A stretch of 64,000 nucleotides of DNA from Veleropilina oligotropha (taxonomy: Eukaryota). The translations under genes were made by a program, and so were the position numbers. The stretch is from assembly GCA_048128005.1 (NCBI GenBank), contig JBEUKZ010000133.1:1-64000 (forward strand), in the 5' to 3' direction. The notes under the pieces are model-generated. The model saw only the letters and a program-made list of their open reading frames with translations, was not told the DNA's origin and searched no databases. Positions 38,035 to 64,000 of the stretch are shown one piece after another. Each line of letters opens with the position of its first letter. Positions within the stretch are counted from its first letter, which is position 1.

Positions 38035-40589
38035 ACTATTATTATCAGATACTATAAAAGGGTAGTTTGCACTTTACTGAGCGCAAAGATTTTTTCCACA
38101 CGTAGATTATGGTTACTATATGCGTGTTAATTTCATTTCAAAGTGGCAGCCATTTTGTTGTTGCTTCGAATCAATTTTCGATGGAAATTAACAAATTATG
38201 GCAATAACGGCCCGCTGATCGGGCCGTTATAGAGATTTACCGTCCACTCAAAATCGAGCTATCCTACTAGTAACGGCCACGTCATCTGGTAATTGAATTT
38301 ATTTGCCAGTTTGATCATGAATAGATCGAATGACGTTTCATGTCTATTTCTTTTGAGTAATTTAACAAGCAAATCGGTGTCAATTTCAATATTAAACCAG
38401 CCAGCGAATCCCTGACACGTCAAGGATATTTTTCAGCCGTAAATTACGAAATCAGGCGGGCGAGACCCACTCATCTATCGTTTGCTATCAAGTTTTCTGA
38501 CCGATTCTTAGTCTGATTATGAAGTGTGGCAATATACAATATACTGATGATGAAGTGTTACAATATACATGTTTTTTAAATTGGTATTTTCAAACTGCAA
38601 GCAAGGAAACTAATATATATTTTGTGAATTGTGTATTACAAAAAGTTATGACTTCGTTTGCATCTTTGTATCAGAGCTTTTACATGTCGACAAACGTGTC
38701 ACGAATGTTTGTTTTCTTGACTATTACAGGTCCATTTGTTCATTGTCTGAATCTATGCAGAATAATTATATCCGTTGATAAATGTGTTATTATAGCATTG
38801 AAAAAGTAGCATCATCTAATTTAATATTTTTGTATGAAACTGGTCGTGACAACGTTCATTACAAACAGTCTATGAAGCTGGTAAACTGTTCCTATATTGG
38901 AATTGTTTGGCATATGTGCTTTGTCATAATGACATATCAATTATACTGTATCGGGGTTCTAGATAATTTTTTTACCCCGAGTGTACGGTACACCCTGTTT
39001 TTGAAGTCCGGGTGTTTTCTTGTACTAATCTCAACATTTGCCGCCTGGCATTTATTCAAATTACGGTGATTTGAACCATACATGTTGATATAAAGACAAT
39101 GAAATTAGTGGATATCTACTTCATGCAACTCTTTATGAACCTTTATTCAATATGATAAGTTCAATAAAGGATACGATGTGTACACCCAATTTCTTACACA
39201 TGGATGTAAATATACGCCCAGATTTGAAAAACTGCATATTTCGTATATTTACGGGCATAAATACGCCTATTATCTAGAGCCCGGCTGTATGTTGACATAT
39301 CATTAATTTATACTGTGTGTTCATCGTTACTAATGAAGGCGAATATTCAATTGCTATTTCCATGGCAACTACATGTATTAAATTTATAAAGAATGCGAGA
39401 AATCTCAAATTGTGTATAATCGTCTGCTTTGTGCCGTAGTGTGATATTAATTGTTAGATATATCTATATATAAGTAATATACGTGCAGCATAGACCGTTA
39501 TTTATCATATGCATTATTTATTAACATTATTTACAAGTGTATACCCATGGCATGTATATATAAAATAGTTTTTGGGTGAATGCTCATGAACAAAAAAATA
39601 TTGGAAAGGATTATATTTTGATATTAAAGCAAAAACCGTGTTCTAATTTGTTGTTGGGTATATATACTCTTTTATTTTAGATCCTGCCTAATGTGGTGTT
39701 TCCTTTATACGAATCCGGTCAGTTTCAATAGAGATGGTTGTAATAAGAATGCATGTTTCTTTTAATCCGATGCGGATTACTCGTCCGTTTGTTTGTCGAT
39801 CGTTGCATGCCGTGATTGGTCTGAAAAAAATATTGTTTCCGTACGGAAATTTGATAGTTAAAAAATCCCAGGAGGAATTCCCTCTTTTTGCTGCCAAATA
39901 ATCTGTAAACATGCTGCGAACGGCGCTGAGCGTGGACATTTCTGAGAAGTTTATCTTGTGAGGGAGATTGTGGTAGCCTATGTGCCTTGTTGCTGACAAT
40001 ATCGTGCACCCACCACCTGTGTTTTCTTCTGCTTCGGTTGTTCCGAAGCAAATAGTGTTCCAGCCAAATATTCGTCTTCATGCAACAATTCTCAAAATAC
40101 CAATGGTATATGCATGCTGAAAGATTCACGTAATTTTAACACATTCGCATCGGATTAAAGAGGAAATTCCAAACGGATCAGATCCGTAGGAAAGGAAAAA
40201 CATCTTTAGGTTGTTATTGTGGATTTTTATCGATGCTTAGTGTTCCATTTAGCTCCGGGGGCAGCCTGGTCGAGTGGATATGATACTGGTTGACAACCTG
40301 AATTCAATCTCTGGATTTATCGGGATCTTTCCAATGATCCCTGCCTCCAGCACCAAATTCATTGCATCATTCTAACTCAATTTATGACTGTTTGCATGGG
40401 CATTAAACATCACCCGGGATTGCCTGGGATTTTCCAATGATCGCCGTCTCCATTTCACACAACATCACATTTCATCATTCAAAGTTGATTGATCCAATTT
40501 ATAACTGAAATACTGGTGGCGTGGTCGTTAAACATCAATTCATCATCTTTAAACATTAATTCATATCATCTGTCTCCATTTAACACCAT

Positions 40590-40825
40590 CGTCCTCGAGA
40601 GCTTAACTGGTTAGTGCATCGGAAAATGTTAGTGGATTGGTATAGTAGGATGTAGGTTCAAACACTCGCTCCGGCATGGTTAATTCTAATGCTTAAAACT
40701 AATAGAAGGCATATCCCTAATGTATGTCGGTCACATCGGAGCGAGACCTTGAACCGAGTGTCCAGACTACGATACAGATGAAAAATTGCTAAAAGGGTCG
40801 TAAAACAATGTTGCCAACCAACCAT
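40590..40825 (+). mobile_element. SINE family B, copy 2
   Basis: Collinear match to 21889-22120. Confidence 0.75.
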
Positions 40826-41237
40826 TTAACACCATGCAGGGTTATACCAGGTCATATGGGGAACAAGGATCAAATCAGAAGTGGGTGTGGAACCACAAAA
40901 TCGTCTGCACATTCAATGATCGTGGACAGAGAGCAATGCTCAGCACGGCTCCATCATTTAGCGTGAAGATCGAATTGTTGCTCGATAACATGAGGTTTTG
41001 CTGTTAAAAATTATTCATCACACTGAATTATAAAGTTTAAACAAATGTTTATTCAAAACATTGTCATAATTATATATACACCTCAATAATTGTTCTATTC
41101 TATATATAATTTATATCATTATTAAATATTTACATGTACTATGCTGTTGGAATACACTGGCATTGCAATTTCCAGACCAACAGGCATTGGGGTTATGACA
41201 AGATCTTGAGCAAACTATCATGGTCTAGATGTGCTAT

Positions 41238-41545
41238 CATAGCTTAGTGGGTAGTTCACAGGACTCTGATCACAGAGTCCAGGGTTCGCCTCCCGTGCTC
41301 GGCGATTTCACTTGGGCAAGGAAATAAGCAGATATTTGCCTCTGTTCACCCAGCCGACCGGGTACCTGGTCGGTGTGATAATTAGTCATAGCACCTTTTA
41401 GTGGCAGCTTGACTGTAATGCTCCCAGAGAGTTGAGATGGGTTCTAGATCAGAACAGGCCGAAAAAACAGGGATAATTATGTTCTAGTGCTGTGAGCGTG
41501 CGTAGCTGGGCGGATACGGCGCAATATAAATGTCCATTATTATTA
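41238..41545 (+). mobile_element. tRNA-derived SINE with L2-like (ATT)n tail
   Basis: TAGCTTAGTGG A-box, GGTTCGCCTCCC B-box-like, CTTGGGCAAG and CACCCAGC...GGGTACCTG core, GCAATATAAATGTCCATTATT tail. Confidence 0.65.
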
Positions 41546-41547
41546 GA

Positions 41548-41789
41548 GGGAGGGAGGAATGATGCTTATATTTACAACATCGAGGTTCAAGGCAGGACAT
41601 GTCCGTGTTATCGCGGGAGGAAACCCAGGCGACCGGGTAAACCCGGCCAGTCGCGGACATCTGTGATTCATAACTTGAACAAATGTCAATGCCTCGGCCA
41701 GGTATTGAACCCACTACTGTTCGCATTAGCGGAATCAAGCCAGTGAATTTAGAGTGGACACTCTACCCACTGCACTGCCGAAGCGGCCC
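41548..41789 (-). mobile_element. SINE family A copy with 11-bp TSD
   Basis: TTATTATTAGA at 41537-41547 and 41790-41800; B-box GGTTCAATACC on the minus strand. Confidence 0.85.
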
Positions 41790-42194
41790 TTATTATTAGA
41801 TGACAAGATGTTGTTGTTGGTTCCAAGTGATGACGTACTAATGCAGAGCATTAGCTCGTTATTAGAACTATAGGCCTGCAAGCACCAGTTGATCCATTGT
41901 TCCAGTTAACAACCCAATCAATGGGTTAACTCTGAGCTGACCAGTAACAAAGGATTTGACAAGTTGCCAATGGAAGAGTCAACTCTCATATCATGCTCTA
42001 GAAGGCGATATGGTGGGCAATTCCATTTGTTAAGGGGTTACAGCTTGCAATATATTTTCATGGTGTGTATGACATACTGACATCCCTCGGCGATATCCAT
42101 ATAAAGCCTCGCTGATGTTCGAGGATTTATGTTAGATAATAGATATACCACATGCTGGCAGTGTATTATCTATTACATACTGTACTTCCATTTA

Positions 42195-42745
42195 GATTAT
42201 TGCAATTCGCTACTGTTGGACATTCCCATTTCACTTCTGGCAAAATTGCAGCGGATCCAGAACACTGCTGCACGAGTAATTAGTGGAACAAGGCGTTTTG
42301 ACCACATCAAACCGGTTTTGGAATCCGTGCATTGGTTGCCGATCCCAGAGCGCATCACTTTCAAAGTGCACTGTGTACAAATGCCTGCATGGTCTAGTGC
42401 CACCATATCTCTGTGATCTCATAGTCCGCAATCAACATGTACGTGCACTTAGGTCATCAAGACTTACAATACTGGACATGCCATCCACTTGGTCAAACGT
42501 GGCTAATATTATGATCGAGCCTTTTCCTTTGCAGGGCCCTGGAATGCCCTACCCCAGAATTTGCAACCAGTATCCTCTCTGGAGATGTTTAAGAATCATT
42601 TAAAAACCTATTTATTTTTAAACGTCATTTAACGCGTGATTTTCTTTGTCAGTACTTTGGTGTAGGTTATTTTTAACTATGTAAAGCATTTTATATCATT
42701 TCGATGGTTTTACGCTATATAAAATTGATTATTATTATTATTATA
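42195..42745 (+). mobile_element. Decayed 3' fragment of an L2-clade LINE
   Basis: DYCNSLL...KLQRIQNTAARV...DHIKPVLESVHWLPIPERITFK, frameshifted; ends in GCTATATAAA...(ATT)n tail. Confidence 0.8.
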
Positions 42746-43142
42746 TTTTGAAATGTTGAACTGCTTATAGCTAAAGGTCTTCATCACGTAATGGCCTTGT
42801 TTGCCACAGGAAGGTCTTGCATGTAATTTTTGTAAAAAGATTGAACAGAAATATAAAGTACACAATGTCTTAATGGATTGTTTATCTCTGCATTTCTTGA
42901 TGCAGTTAAGCGTGATGCCTGATTAATTATTAATTAATACAGAGGTTTTTAAGCGATGTGTGTGACTGGAGGATGTAATGATACCGCTTTAATATGGGTT
43001 GGAATGGCAGCTGTTTCTTGATGATGATGAAAATGTCAGATGCGTGTCATCGATCGTGTTGGATCCTGGATAAATTCTTTCATTATCACAGTTCATGTTT
43101 AATTTGAGCATTAATCATATGTAATTTCAACGAAGTTGTTCA

Positions 43143-63898
<20,756 letters not shown>

Positions 63899-64000
63899 TA
63901 TCTAAATGTCGCATATATCAATAACCTACACCATGATACTGTAAATATTAAATAACTTGTGTATTATTACATACATAGGGTAGTATTGTGGAAAAATCAC

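Overview
AT-rich, intron-containing animal genomic DNA, probably a marine invertebrate; the repeat repertoire resembles that of molluscs and other lophotrochozoans, but the taxon cannot be fixed from this window. Two host genes lie tail-to-tail, both assembled by hand from phase-consistent GT-AG exons. On + is a 12-coding-exon AATK/LMTK-family membrane kinase (7695-33462, about 971 aa). On - is a 13-coding-exon WDR13 orthologue (63898-43143, about 484 aa). Each gene hosts an antisense LINE. The first is a full-length CR1/L2-group element with a 13-bp TSD, a YY1-like 5' end, a 2A-like peptide and two inactivating deletions (15927-21314, -). The second is a 5'-truncated CR1 with an SGNH-esterase ORF1 and an intact ORF2 (57240-60826, +). 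Introns are packed with nested MITEs, Helentron/HINE-like elements carrying satellite arrays, SINEs, foldback palindromes and microsatellites. Most notable signals: an in-phase U_UUA_AAC -1 slippery site joining CR1 ORF1 to an ORF2 whose first AUG lies downstream of the conserved endonuclease Asn; a U12-type intron in WDR13; a hydrophobic leader plus variant 2A motif (DIEPHPGP) on the other LINE; and a minisatellite made of copies of a WDR13 splice donor. No database searches were run; family names rest on recognised motifs.
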